Below are positions 49,032 through 63,006 of a stretch of DNA of 64,000 nucleotides, piece by piece. The notes beneath the pieces are model-generated. The model worked only from the letters and a program-made list of their open reading frames with translations, had not been told where the DNA came from and did not search any database. The stretch covers positions 31,310,001 to 31,374,000 of the forward strand of contig OZ024758.1 in assembly GCA_964016885.1 (NCBI GenBank), read 5' to 3'. The stretch's first letter is position 1, and every line of letters begins with the position of its first letter. A program made the position numbers and the translations under genes. The DNA is from Eledone cirrhosa. Its lineage: Eukaryota.

Positions 49032-49038
<7 letters not shown>
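45595..49038. mobile_element. Large fold-back of family D: reversed tail 45595-45681, minus arm to 47351, plus arm 47352-49038
   Basis: Long inverted repeat; HHR at 48932-49000(+) intact, left HHR stem I damaged at 45781; ~234-bp internal tandem units. Confidence 0.92.
47354..47731 (+). pseudogene. GIY-YIG endonuclease domain remnant of family D (open frame, no start codon)
   Basis: TNLIYECKII..TYFGSTSTSFKARLYNH..ALSELIWSLK..CNLCLNE..CLH. Confidence 0.85.
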
Positions 49039-49078
<40 letters not shown>

Positions 49079-49094
49079 TATATACATATATATA

Positions 49095-49848
49095 CATGGT
49101 CGGGTCAATAATCTCTAATACTCGGTATGAAAAGAAAAAGCTAGAACATTCAATACTAGTAAAGAAAAGTTTGTTTTAATACGTCATAATTTTGTTTACA
49201 TTGATTGGCGCATAAATTAAAATATGACATCAATTGAATACAGAAGTGTAATAAAATTCTACTTTCTACTTGGAAAAACACCTGAGGAAACTCTCAAGGA
49301 TATGATGAAAGTATATAATAATGATTGTCCATCAAATACAACAGTATATTATTGGCTTCGGCAATTCAAAAATGGTCGTAGATGTGTTAAGGACGATAAT
49401 ACAAAAAGTGGCAGACCAACGGAGATTTCAGACAAAAAAGCAGTGCAATGTGAACAATTCATTCGTAACGTCAGGAGGATAAATTTTCAAGACTTAGCAA
49501 GTTTACTAAAGGGGAGCAAAAGCTCTGCTGTATCTATGATATCTAATTTAGGGTACAGAAAGCTGTGTAGTCGCTTTGTACCCAAGTTCTTATCCCCTGA
49601 AATGAAAGAAGAGAGATTATTGGCAGCTCAGTCAAACTTGGATTTGTTTCATGAGTGGGGTGTGAAGTTTCTGGACAACATCGTCACGCAAGATGAAACA
49701 ACGCTTTCAAAATACTTACCCGAAAGTAAAAGAACCTCAGCTGAGTGGAGAAAATATGATGAAAAACCTCCTATCAAAATGAGAAGCGGAACCAGCCATA
49801 GACGTGAGTTCATGTTTTCAATTTTCTGGACTAGGAAGGGAATTATTA
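49095..49848 (+). mobile_element. Mariner transposon 5' half; transposase 49224-49848 truncated by a (TA)n array
   Basis: [24 protein letters not shown] (WVPHEL-like), IVTQDET first catalytic D; starts after a TA. Confidence 0.9.
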
Positions 49849-49856
49849 TATATATA

Positions 49857-49929
<73 letters not shown>

Positions 49930-49939
49930 ATATATATAT

Positions 49940-52147
49940 TCAGGTTTGAGGTTCACCACTGTATAGAGCTGGTCTATTCCGTATGGTCAATCGTAATGCA
50001 ATAATATAGAGAGTACTCAACGTAAGGCAGTTCAACCGTCTTTGTTTTTGTAGTTGGTGGTGCTATTACGGAGTTAAATATTATAATGAAATGACAGGAG
50101 GCTGGATTTGTGTAAATCCTTGAAAGGTTTATTATACTATGATCATTTCAATGACCGGGTTCCGTATGAATCCGGTGATATCATCAGGTATTCGAAATAT
50201 AATACGTGAATGTAATAGATAAAATCCATGGGGCTGAAAATAGAGGACCCGAGGGCGACCGCTATTCTGTTCCTTCAACTTCAGCCGGTCGCCCTGGAGT
50301 GACGTGGCTAAAGTTTATAGTATGCTACTACCGGTCAGATAAACGAGAACAGAAAGAGATGGGAACATAAGTTAACGTCGATCTCATGGCACAAGGTAAA
50401 AGAAAGAAAGAAAGGAAGGAGAGAAAAGAAGGGGGAAGAAAGAAGAAGAGAAGCCAGGTTTAATGTCAGCTAAAAGAAGAAAGGCAACTACTACCGGTCA
50501 GATATAGGCAAGCAAGAGGGGGAAGGAAGATAAGTCTGCGGGAGGAAGACAGGAAGAGGGGAGAAGAGAAGGAAGAGAAGAGAGAAGTAGAAAAGTAAGG
50601 TTTGATGGCTACAAGAAGGAAGATAGAAAGAAAGAGGAAGAGAGGTCGATATTAATGTCAGACCACAGTCAGGCCAGGAGTGGCGCGAGAAAATGTTCAC
50701 AGGGACCCGCATCTTAGCAGAGATGAATATATTGGGAGTCAGTGTGTTACAGTGTTTAGACTTCTAGGATGAAGTTAAAAAAATTAATAATCAATATTCA
50801 ATATTAAAGAGGTTAGAGAATTTAAAGTTCAACAGTTTAACATTTTATTATATAATAGTTCCGATTTGTTCTGTAATTTAAAGGTACTATGTGGCGGTTA
50901 AAATACCGGCCGCGCCCCGGGCCCCATGGCGAATTAAGCTACGCCGAGTATTTTCATTTACCGAAAGAAGGGGAAATTTATTTTTCCAAGCACTCCAGGT
51001 GAGCTCGTTCGCCAGGGAGCCGGTCGCGCCGCCATTTAAAACCCACCCAACAGTCCGACAGAAAGTTGGAACTTAAAAAGTTTGCTTAGAGAAGTAGAAG
51101 AGTAATGGTTGATGGCTACTAGAAGGAAGATAAAAAGAGAGAGGAAGGAAGGTCGATATTAATGTCACACCACAGTCGGGCCAGGAGTGGCGCGAGAAAA
51201 TTTTCACAGGGACCCGCATCTTAGCAGAGGTGAATATATTGGGAGTCAGTGTGTTACAGTGTTTAGACTTATAGGATGAAGTTAAAAAATTAATAATCAA
51301 TATTCCATATTAAAGAGGTTAAAAAATTTAAAGTTCAACAGTTTAACACTTTCAGGTTGATATATCTAATAGTTCCGATTTGTTCTGTAATTTAAAGGTA
51401 CTATGTGGCGGTTAAAACACCGGCCGCGCCCCGGGCCCCATGGCGAATTAAGCTACGCCGAGTATTTTCATTTACCGAAAGAAGGGGAAATTTATTTTTC
51501 CAAGCACTCCAGGTGAGCTCGTTCGCCAGGGAGCTGGTCGCGCCGCCGCTAAAACCTACCCAACAGTCCGACAGAAAGTTGGAACTTTAGAATTTTGCTT
51601 AACTCTATCGGATGAAGTTGAAAGAATTCAGAATAACATTATAAAACTAAGGAGTAAGAAGATTGAGAATTGAACAAACAGAAAATTGAAGATTAAACAT
51701 TCAAATAACTTCTATGAGGTTTTGGGTTGCGGGGTTTAATTAAATAGACTTTTATGAAGAAACGTTAATTGTATTATGTAGATCTGTAATTTATCCTAGT
51801 GGGATGTAGAGTACGGGATATAGTCGTCTAATGTTTAATTTTTGTTCTCAGGAGGAGACATTCTAGTGTCGTGTGCTAATGGGTACAGGTCCCAATGTGA
51901 GGAGTAGAAATAAATGGATACATAGAAGTGGAATACGTGGAAGAGAACATTGGTACAGCAGAGGTATAAATATATAAACATATCAATATATAGGTATAAA
52001 CATGTAAATAAACCAACTATTACATTCACGTATTATATTTCGAATACCTGATGATATCACCGGATTCATACGGAACCCGGTCATTGAAATGATCATAGTA
52101 TAATAAACCTTTCAAGGATTTACACAAATCCAGCCTCCTGTCATTTC

Positions 52148-52151
<4 letters not shown>
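49940..52151. mobile_element. PLE family I non-coding derivative: reversed tail/pLTR, long UTR, inverted 130-bp pLTR
   Basis: HHRs at 50134-50191(-) and 52044-52101(+): atac CTGATGA..accgg..ccggt..GAAA tgatca TA gtat; ~514-bp internal duplication. Confidence 0.88.
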
Positions 52152-52190
<39 letters not shown>

Positions 52191-52257
52191 ATATATATAT
52201 ATATATATATATAAAGATATATATATATATATAAAATATATATATATTTATATATAT

Positions 52258-52329
<72 letters not shown>

Positions 52330-52363
52330 TATATATATATATATTTATATATATCTTTATATA

Positions 52364-52441
<78 letters not shown>

Positions 52442-52457
52442 TATATACATATATATA

Positions 52458-53210
52458 CATGGTCGGGTCAATAATCTCTAATACTCGGTATGAAAAGAAA
52501 AAGCTAGAACATTCAATACTAGTAAAGAAAAGTTTGTTTTAATACGTCATAATTTTGTTTACATTGATTGGCGCATAAATTAAAATATGACATCAATTGA
52601 ATACAGAAGTGTAATAAAATTCTACTTTCTACTTGGAAAAACACCTGAGGAAACTCTCAAGGATATGATGAAAGTATATAATAATGATTGTCCATCAAAT
52701 ACAACAGTATATTATTGGCTTCGGCAATTCAAAAATGGTCGTAGATGTGTTAAGGACGATAATACAAAAAGTGGCAGACCAACGGAGATTTCAGACAAAA
52801 AAGCAGTGCAATGTGAACAATTCATTCGTAACGTCAGGAGGATAAATTTTCAAGACTTAGCAAGTTTACTAAAGGGGAGCAAAAGCTCTGCTGTATCTAT
52901 GATATCTAATTTAGGGTACAGAAAGCTGTGTAGTCGCTTTGTACCCAAGTTCTTATCCCCTGAAATGAAAGAAGAGAGATTATTGGCAGCTCAGTCAAAC
53001 TTGGATTTGTTTCATGAGTGGGGTGTGAAGTTTCTGGACAACATCGTCACGCAAGATGAAACAACGCTTTCAAAATACTTACCCGAAAGTAAAAGAACCT
53101 CAGCTGAGTGGAGAAAATATGATGAAAAACCTCCTATCAAAATGAGAAGCGGAACCAGCCATAGACGTGAGTTCATGTTTTCAATTTTCTGGACTAGGAA
53201 GGGAATTATT
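52458..53210 (+). mobile_element. Second copy of the mariner 5' half
   Basis: Same translation as 49224-49848 and same truncation point. Confidence 0.9.
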
Positions 53211-53219
53211 ATATATATA

Positions 53220-53316
<97 letters not shown>

Positions 53317-53326
53317 ATATATATAT

Positions 53327-55019
53327 TCAGGTTTGAGGTTCACCACTGTATAGAGCTGGTCTATTCCGTATGGTCAATCGTAATGCAATAATATAGAGAG
53401 TACTCAACGTAAGGCAGTTCAACCGTCTTTGTTTTTGTAGTTGGTGGTGCTATTACGGAGTTAAATATTATAATGAAATGACAGGAGGCTGGATTTGTGT
53501 AAATCCTTGAAAGGTTTATTATACTATGATCATTTCAATGACCGGGTTCCGTATGAATCCGGTGATATCATCAGGTATTCGAAATATAATACGTGAATGT
53601 AATAGATAAAATCCATGGGGCTGAAAATAGAGGACCCGAGGGCGACCGCTATTCTGTTCCTTCAACTTCAGCCGGTCGCCCTGGAGTGACGTGGCTAAAG
53701 TTTATAGTATGCTACTACCGGTCAGATAAACGAGAACAGAAAGAGATGGGAACATAAGTTAACGTCGATCTCATGGCACAAGGTAAAAGAAAGAAAGAAA
53801 GGAAGGAGAGAAAAGAAGGGGGAAGAAAGAAGAAGAGAAGCCAGGTTTAATGTCAGCTAAAAGAAGAAAGGCAACTACTACCGATCAGATATAGGCAAGC
53901 AAGAGGGGGAAGGAAGATAAGTCTGCGGGAGGAAGACAGGAAGAGGGGAGAAGAGAAGGAAGAGAAGAGAGAAGTAGAAAAGTAAGGGTTGATGGCTACA
54001 AGAAGGAAGATAGAAAGAAAGAGGAAGAGAGGTCGATATTAATGTCAGACCACAGTCAGGCCAGGAGTGGCGCGAGAAAATGTTCACAGGGACCCGCATC
54101 TTAGCAGAGATGAATATATTGGGAGTCAGTGTGTTACAGTGTTTAGACTTCTAGGATGAAGTTAAAAAAATTAATAATCAATATTCAATATTAAAGAGGT
54201 TAGAGAATTTAAAGTTCAACAGTTTAACATTTTATTATATAATAGTTCCGATTTGTTCTGTAATTTAAAGGTACTATGTGGCGGTTAAAACACCGGCCGC
54301 GCCCCGGGCCCCATGGCGAATTAAGCTACGCCGAGTATTTTCATTTACCGAAAGAAGGGGAAATTTATTTTTCCAAGCACTCCAGGTGAGCTCGTTCGCC
54401 AGGGAGCTGGTCGCGCCGCCGCTAAAACCTACCCAACAGTCCGACAGAAAGTTGGAACTTTAGAATTTTGCTTAACTCTATCGGATGAAGTTGAAAGAAT
54501 TCAGAATAACATTATAAAACTAAGGAGTAAGAAGATTGAGAATTGAACAAACAGAAAATTGAAGATTAAACATTCAAATAACTTCTATGAGGTTTTGGGT
54601 TGCGGGGTTTAATTAAATAGACTTTTATGAAGAAACGTTAATTGTATTATGTAGATCTGTAATTTATCCTAGTGGGATTAGAGTACGGGATATAGTCGTC
54701 TAATGTTTAATTTTTGTTCTCAGGAGGAGACATTCTAGTGTCGTGTGCTAATGGGTACAGGTCCCAATGTGAGGAGTAGAAATAAATGGATACATAGAAG
54801 TGGAATACGTGGAAGAGAACATTGGTACAGCAGAGGTATAAATATATAAACATATCAATATATAGGTATAAACATGTAAATAAACCAACTATTACATTCA
54901 CGTATTATATTTCGAATACCTGATGATATCACCGGATTCATACGGAACCCGGTCATTGAAATGATCATAGTATAATAAACCTTTCAAGGATTTACACAAA
55001 TCCAGCCTCCTGTCATTTC

Positions 55020-55023
<4 letters not shown>
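53327..55023. mobile_element. Second copy of the family I derivative, lacking the internal duplication
   Basis: HHRs at 53521-53578(-) and 54916-54973(+). Confidence 0.88.
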
Positions 55024-55066
<43 letters not shown>

Positions 55067-55270
55067 ATATATATATATATATATATAAAGATATATATAT
55101 ATATATATATAAAGATATATATATATATATATATAAAATATATATATATTTATATATATCTTTATATATATATATATATATATATATAAAGATATATATA
55201 AATATATATATATTTTATATATATATATATATATCTCTTTATATATATATATATATATATATATAAAGAG

Positions 55271-55302
<32 letters not shown>

Positions 55303-55336
55303 TATATATATATATATTTATATATATCTTTATATA

Positions 55337-55420
<84 letters not shown>

Positions 55421-55482
55421 AAATTTTATATATATATATATATTTATATATATCTTTATATATATCTATTTATATATATCTT

Positions 55483-55569
<87 letters not shown>

Positions 55570-55590
55570 ATTTATATATATATATATATA

Positions 55591-56578
55591 CAAAAGTGAG
55601 TTACAAACGAAACGAAATTTAATTTCGTTTCGTTATTTGTTTTTATCGTCTCCGCTGAACCGGTGCGTACTCACACTCTATGCAAATTAGTCTGCCCACT
55701 ACTAATTTTCATAGAAAAAGCATATAACGATATGTGCTTTTACAATTCTCCAGAAAGGCCGGTAGATAGGTAAATATTGCTGATGAGTTGTAACAACAAC
55801 GAAACTAGTTCAATATTCCTTGTCTGGCTTTCTGGAGAATAGAGGGAAGGTGTTTCCTCGAAAACCAGTATGACTCTAAAAACCGGTTTTTCTGTGTGTT
55901 TACATACAGAATAGCTGGGTTGCTCACAGTAAAGCAACCAGTGAAAGACTTGTTACATCTACATATGTATACGTGTGTGTATTCATATGCACACTAGTAT
56001 TTCAGTATGCATATGTAGATGTACATTTTTAACTTAATTGTTTAAGCGTCAGTCATACAAAAGTGAGTTACAAACGAAACGAAATTTAATTTCGTTTCGT
56101 TATTTGTTTTTATCGTCTCCGCTGAACCGGTGCGTACTCACACTCTATGCAAATTAGTCTGCCCACTACTAATTTTCATAGAAAAAGAATATAACGATAT
56201 GTGCTTTTACAATTCTCCAGAAAGGCCGGTAGATAGGTAAATATTGCTGATGAGTTGTAACAACAACGAAACTAGTTCAATATTCCTTGTCTGGCTTTCT
56301 GGAGAATAGAGGGAAGGTGTTTCCTCGAAAACCAGTATGACTCTAAAAACCGGTTTGTCTGTGCGTTTACATACAGAATAGCTGGGTTGCTCACAGTAAA
56401 GCAACCAGTGAAAGACTTGTTACATCTGCATATGTATACGTGTGTGTATTCATATGCACACTAGTATTTCAGTATGCATATGTAGATGTACATTTTTAAC
56501 TTAATTTTTTAAGCGTCAGTCATACAAAAGTGAGTTACAAACGAAACGAAATTTAATTTCGTTTCGTTATTTGTTTTT
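55591..56578 (+). mobile_element. 2.1 tandem copies of a 467-bp family C subfamily unit
   Basis: HHRs at 55773-55817 and 56240-56284. Confidence 0.9.
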
Positions 56579-56742
56579 ATATATATATCTTTATATATAT
56601 CTTTATATATATATATTTATATATATCTTTATATATATATATATATCTTTATATATATATATATATATATATCTTTATATATATATATATATATCTTTAT
56701 ATATATATATATATATATATATCTTTATATATATATATATAT

Positions 56743-56814
<72 letters not shown>

Positions 56815-56839
56815 TTATATATATATATATATATATTTT

Positions 56840-56888
<49 letters not shown>

Positions 56889-56932
56889 TTATATATATAT
56901 ATATATATATTTTTATATATATATATATATTA

Positions 56933-56966
<34 letters not shown>

Positions 56967-57027
56967 AGATATCTTTATATATATATATATATATAGATAA
57001 CTTTATATATATATATATATATAGATA

Positions 57028-57068
<41 letters not shown>

Positions 57069-57069
57069 T

Positions 57070-57102
<33 letters not shown>

Positions 57103-57136
57103 ATATAGATATCTTTATATATATATATATATATAT

Positions 57137-58465
57137 AAGAGGGTGTTAAAGTTTGCTTGAAGCATTGTGAAATGTGTAAAAATACGTATTTAAGAAAGCC
57201 ACAACAATGCAAAGGGAAATCTCGAGGTAGGAAGTGAAATATAGATAGGAAAAACAGGTGAAAGTGAAAGTTGAGAGAGACAAAGATGAAAACAAAACAA
57301 AGGTAGAAGGGTTACCGTAGTAGAGATTTTAATCCCAATATTTCGGGCTCACGCCCATCAACGGGGGAAAAGTTCCAAAAGGGGGGAAAAACAGGCCAAG
57401 CGGAGAAAGTGTTGATGTCGTTAAGACAGGAATGCCGTTATGGGGAGAAAAATATTTAAAATTTACACGAGGGAGAGAATGCGCGTGCGCGTGATAAGCT
57501 GTGGCAAAAGCTACTGACCAAATGGGTTAAATCAAGAGGGTGCGTTAGCGTGTGAAAGCCTTAAGATATGTGTATGTAAATATATATGTGTGTGTGACTG
57601 TGTGTGTATAGGTGTGAGTGTGTATATGTGTGAGTGTGTGTGTGTGTGAAAGGTAGTGGGCTGTAGAAGTTGGAAATCAAAGGGTGTGAAAGGTGGTAGG
57701 TTGTAAAATATGTGTGCGTGTATAAATATAGAAGTGTGTGTGTGTAAGCGTATGGGTATACATGTGTGTGTGTAACTGTGTATGTATATGTGTGAGTGCG
57801 TTTGTGTGTGAAAGATAGTGGGCTGTAGAAGCTGGAAATCAAAGGGTGTGAAAGGTGGTAGGTTGTAAAAACATGTGTGCGTGTAAAATATAGAAGTGTG
57901 TGTGCATGCGTATGGGTATGCATATACGTGCGTGTGTGTGAATATAACAGGCCGTAGGCTGTGAATGGTCATTATGGTTAAATTAGCCATGTCAGCTCAT
58001 TTCTCTCGGCCCGGTTGTTAAGTGGGGGTCTGAGGTTCTTAATAACAAGTGCTTCCTTTATCCTTAAGGATCCGATGCTGCGTTCAGTCGCTAGGACTGT
58101 GACCAAGGGTCTACCCTGTGGGTTTCCGCATTTGAGGATATGTTTACGGAAGGAAGATGCGTTGGTGTTGATATGTTCCTTGATACGAACATGTAGGGGT
58201 CGGATGGTGCTACCTATGTAAAACTTGTTACATTTATCGCATTGAATCTTATATACGACATAGGTGCGTAGGCAATCTGCCCCCCGTATCGGGCAGTTGC
58301 TGAGGGAACAAGTCCTATCTGCCTCGTAGGGTTTGTTGGAGAGGCATCTTCGCAGCGAAGGTCCTGTGTGGGCCAAATGTATGTCAAGTCCCTCCGTACG
58401 TATGGCCCTGCGGATGGCGTTCGTGGTACATTCACTCAGGTGGGGGATTTTAAAGAAGCACCTGC
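57137..58465 (-). mobile_element. 3' end of a third PLE type: GIY-YIG domain (57978-58465) plus GT-rich UTR
   Basis: CSLSNCPI..C..VVYKIQCDKCNKFYIGSTIRPLHVRIKEH..KH..EALVI..LN; possible variant HHR at 57333-57366. Confidence 0.85.
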
Positions 58466-58498
<33 letters not shown>

Positions 58499-58508
58499 AT
58501 AGATATCT

Positions 58509-58554
<46 letters not shown>

Positions 58555-58559
58555 GATAT

Positions 58560-58602
<43 letters not shown>

Positions 58603-58605
58603 TAT

Positions 58606-58653
<48 letters not shown>

Positions 58654-58689
58654 ATATATATAAATATATATATAAATATATATATATAT

Positions 58690-58731
58690 ATTATTATACT
58701 TGGGGAGGGTCATATTTGCGTAATATTGCCA

Positions 58732-58733
<2 letters not shown>
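58690..58733 (-). mobile_element. ~45-bp terminal fragment of the family N1 pLTR inside (TA)n
   Basis: Reverse complement of attctggcaatattacgcaaatatgaccctccccaagtataa (cf. 26549-26590). Confidence 0.8.
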
Positions 58734-58805
<72 letters not shown>

Positions 58806-58806
58806 T

Positions 58807-58840
<34 letters not shown>

Positions 58841-58860
58841 TATCTTTATATATATATATA

Positions 58861-61445
58861 TTTCGTTTTTGAATTTGTTTAGCAAGATTCTTTATCTGAA
58901 ATCGTGTGTTGAAACCGATATTGTTATACTTTGGGAGGGTCATGTTGCCAATAAGAAACACACGCACCAGTTGTTTCACTTCAATTTATTACATATTTAT
59001 TATATATTTATAAATCCACAAACTTATAAATTTCTGGTGGGTTGGTTGGTTTCACAACCAGATAGTTGTTTATATATAGTCATAGTCCTTTCGTCACACA
59101 CTCTGTGACCTCTTCAGTGACTGGGGATTCCTGTCTTTGTTTCTGTGTCTTTCCTTTCTTCTGTCCTATGCCATTTTGTTTCTGTGTGTGTGTTGTGTGC
59201 TCAATTTGCGCATGCGCCACATCCGGGTGTCTGTGTGTGTTTGTGTTCATTTATCTATTTGTTTATTTATTTACATGTTGTTGGTTGGTTGTTTGTTCTA
59301 TGTGTGTGTGTGTTTTCATTTTGTCCTTAATTGTAAGTTGTGATGTTGCTGTTCCACTCATATTTTCTATTTAATTTTGGTTGTAATTCTTTTATGCTTA
59401 CTGCCTCTGTAATTTGCCTAAACATTGCATCTTTTCTGTGTGTGGATTCTATTTTTATTTCTATGTTCTCTAATTTACCCTTGTGTTATATCTTAGCATG
59501 TTGGTAGAGTACAGATGATTCTTTATTATCTTGAAGGTCTCGCCAGTGTTCATTTATTCGTTCCCCTATACTACGAGCTGTCTCACCTATGTACACTATA
59601 TTTTTGTTTCTACATTGTCCTTCAGTACATCTTATGCTATACACTACATTTCTAGTTTTACAGTTAATATGGGGGCTTATTTTACAGGTTATACATTTCT
59701 TATCTATACATGAGGGTCTTTGGAATGGGTATGTCTTGCTAATAAGTGTTTTTACGGAGGTACCTGGTCTTTCTACTATCTTAATATTGAGTTTATGTTT
59801 ATTTAGGGCCCTTCTAAATTTGTAGGCTAGTTCGCCTCTAGGGGTTGTATTGATGAACATTACACTCTGGTATTTATTGCTATCATACCATGAGTTTATT
59901 CTATTGGCCTTGTTCCTAGTTCTTTCTATTCTATTCCAAAATTTGCTCCTATACAAGGGGCAGGTCCCATTTATGTCATTATTTACCATTTTTTCCCATT
60001 TGGTTCTGGCTCCTCTATACACTCTGATTCTATCTCTCTGATTGTAGCCAGAGAACTGCATACGGTGGATGAAGTGTTGTATGTGTCTCTCTAGTTCTAC
60101 GGGGTTGCACATGCGGGACACATTTCTCATCACCCGTACCAAATCCGCAATCAGTATGTTGATTTTGGTATGGTCCGAAATGGCCGAGTTTCGGTGGATC
60201 AGATGTTTGGAAGTCATGGGTTTGGCATAATGGGAATGGAGGATTTGTTTTTGGTTGTTAATGGTATCTAACCAGAGCTCTGTGTCTAGTACAGGTAATC
60301 GATGGTTGGGGTGTCTACTTGGGTAGTCTATAGTAACTCTAATGCTCTGGTGGATGGAGTTAGCTATTTGCTGGATGCTTTCCATTGTGTTTTTCTCTAG
60401 TTCCTGACTGTTCTTTAGTGGGGGTGTCTTAACTACGATGTTTATATCATCTACGTAGCGGGAGTACATTAATAGGGTTAAGCTGTCTTCTAATTGTTCT
60501 TTAAGTTTTTGTTTAAGTCTACTGTCCCACCATACCATGAATAAGTTAGCTATGTCGCCTGCAATGCTAACACCAATGGCTGCACATTCCTCTTGGGCAT
60601 ATTTTTTACCATTAAATTTGAATATATGTTCCTTAAGGGTTAATTTTATGCTGGCCCCTACCGCATGTGCAATCATTTTCTTCAGTTCATCGTGGTTTTC
60701 GGGTGTCCGTATGGCTCTGGTCCACCCGTTCCATCTATCTGTGTGGGTTTTCTTGGCCATTGAGGTAATGGTAGGTGGTCTGTCTCTTGCTGGTCTTGTA
60801 GGGCACAGGTTGCTAAGGTCATAAGTGTCTAGGTAACTATTACTATGGGTAAGTTTAAGTAGAAGTCCCAGCTCACTGGTATCAATCCCACGGAACTCAA
60901 CCTTGCTCTCGCTGATCATTTCTACGCATTTCTCCACAGCAAAATCCACGTCAATAGATGGATACAGGGACACAACATCCATACTGCCTATTATGCAGTT
61001 TGTTAGGTCCCCAGATCTGTTACTCACGCCGATTCTGCTGAGGAGGTCCTCCGTGCTGTCACATACATCTGGGGACATCTCAATGATGGGGCGTATGATC
61101 AGGGAGAGGAAGTAGGACAGTCTGTAGTTACTAGCAATGTTAGCTCCACAGACTGGCCGTGTTGGTGGTCCCGCGACAGGGTCACAGCCCGTTTTATGGT
61201 CTTTTCGAAGCCCATACAACGCCGGCACGTCATTGTTCCAGGCCTGGAAGTTGTTGGCAGTCCTTTTGTTGGGCTGCATTATATTCGTCCACATCACCAT
61301 ATGGGCATTGAGGGCTTTTTCTCTATCCTCATGCTCCTATGGTGTTACCTCTCTTGTGTTAGTGATGTGGGGTTGCATTGCCTGGATGTAGTTTGGCAGG
61401 CTCTCAACCGACATTCTGCCAGACTTGTCTGTTGGAAAGCATGGA
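58861..61445 (-). mobile_element. Neptune-like PLE family N2, 5'-truncated, with pLTR, HHR (59078-59122) and tail (58861-58918)
   Basis: RT plus GIY-YIG homologous to 23940-26030. Confidence 0.93.
59330..61440 (-). pseudogene. PLE RT-GIY-YIG ORF, premature stop at 59486 and a frameshift near 61335
   Basis: 604-aa ORF with LYGLRKDHK, DVVSLYPSI, YSRYVDD, CIDKKCITC, YIGETAR. Confidence 0.92.
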
Positions 61446-61462
61446 AAGCAGAATGTCGGTTG

Positions 61463-62054
61463 ACATATATATATATATATAAATATATATATAAATATAT
61501 ATATAAATATATATATATATAAATATATAAATATATAAATATATATATATATAAATATATATATAAATATATATATATATAAATATATAAATATATATAT
61601 AAATATATATATATATAAATATATATATAAATATATATATATATAAATATATATATAAATATATAAATATATAAATATATAAATATATATATAAATATAT
61701 ATATATATAAATATATAAATATATAAATATATATATATATAAATATATAAATATATAAATATATATATAAATATATATATATATAAATATATAAATATAT
61801 AAATATATATATATATAAATATATAAATATATAAATATATATATAAATATATATATATATAAATATATATATAAATATATATATATATAAATATATAAAT
61901 ATATAAATATATATATAAATATATATATATATAAATATATATATAAATATATATATATATAAATATATATAGATATAAATATATATATATATAAATATAT
62001 ATAGATATAAATATATATATATATATATATAAATATATATAGATATAAATATAT

Positions 62055-62137
<83 letters not shown>

Positions 62138-62149
62138 TATATATATATA

Positions 62150-62191
<42 letters not shown>

Positions 62192-62242
62192 AAGATATAT
62201 ATAAAGATATATATATATATATATATATAAAGATATATATAA

Positions 62243-62276
<34 letters not shown>

Positions 62277-62566
62277 AAATATATATATATAAAGATATAT
62301 ATATATATAAAGATATATATATATATATATAAAGAAATATATATATATAAAGATATATATATATATATATATAAAGATATATATATATATATATAAAGAT
62401 ATATATATATATAAAGATAAACAATTAAGTTAAAGTATTTGTTTTTATATATATAAAGATATATATATATATATAAAGATATATATATATAAAGATATAT
62501 ATATATAAAGATATATATATATAAAGATATATATATATATATATATATAAATATATATATAAATAA

Positions 62567-62625
<59 letters not shown>

Positions 62626-62661
62626 GATATATATGTATATATAAAGATATATATAAAGATA

Positions 62662-62715
<54 letters not shown>

Positions 62716-62950
62716 CATGTACATATATATATACATATATATATACATATACATATATATATACATGTATATATATACATATATATATATATATACATGT
62801 GTGTGTTTGTATATATATATATATATATATATATACATGTGTGTGTTTGTATATATATATATATATACGTGTGCGTATATATATATATATATACGTGTGT
62901 GTATATATATATATATATATATACGTGTGTGTATATATATATATATATAT

Positions 62951-63006
<56 letters not shown>
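61463..63006. repeat. (TA)n/(TAAA) array, then AAAG-interrupted, (TACA) and (GT)n tracts
   Basis: Directly visible. Confidence 0.95.

Noticed and set aside
50891-51076. 61-aa ORF repeated three times
   Set aside because: GTG start, frame differs between copies at the 3' end, no recognisable domain; more likely structured non-coding sequence
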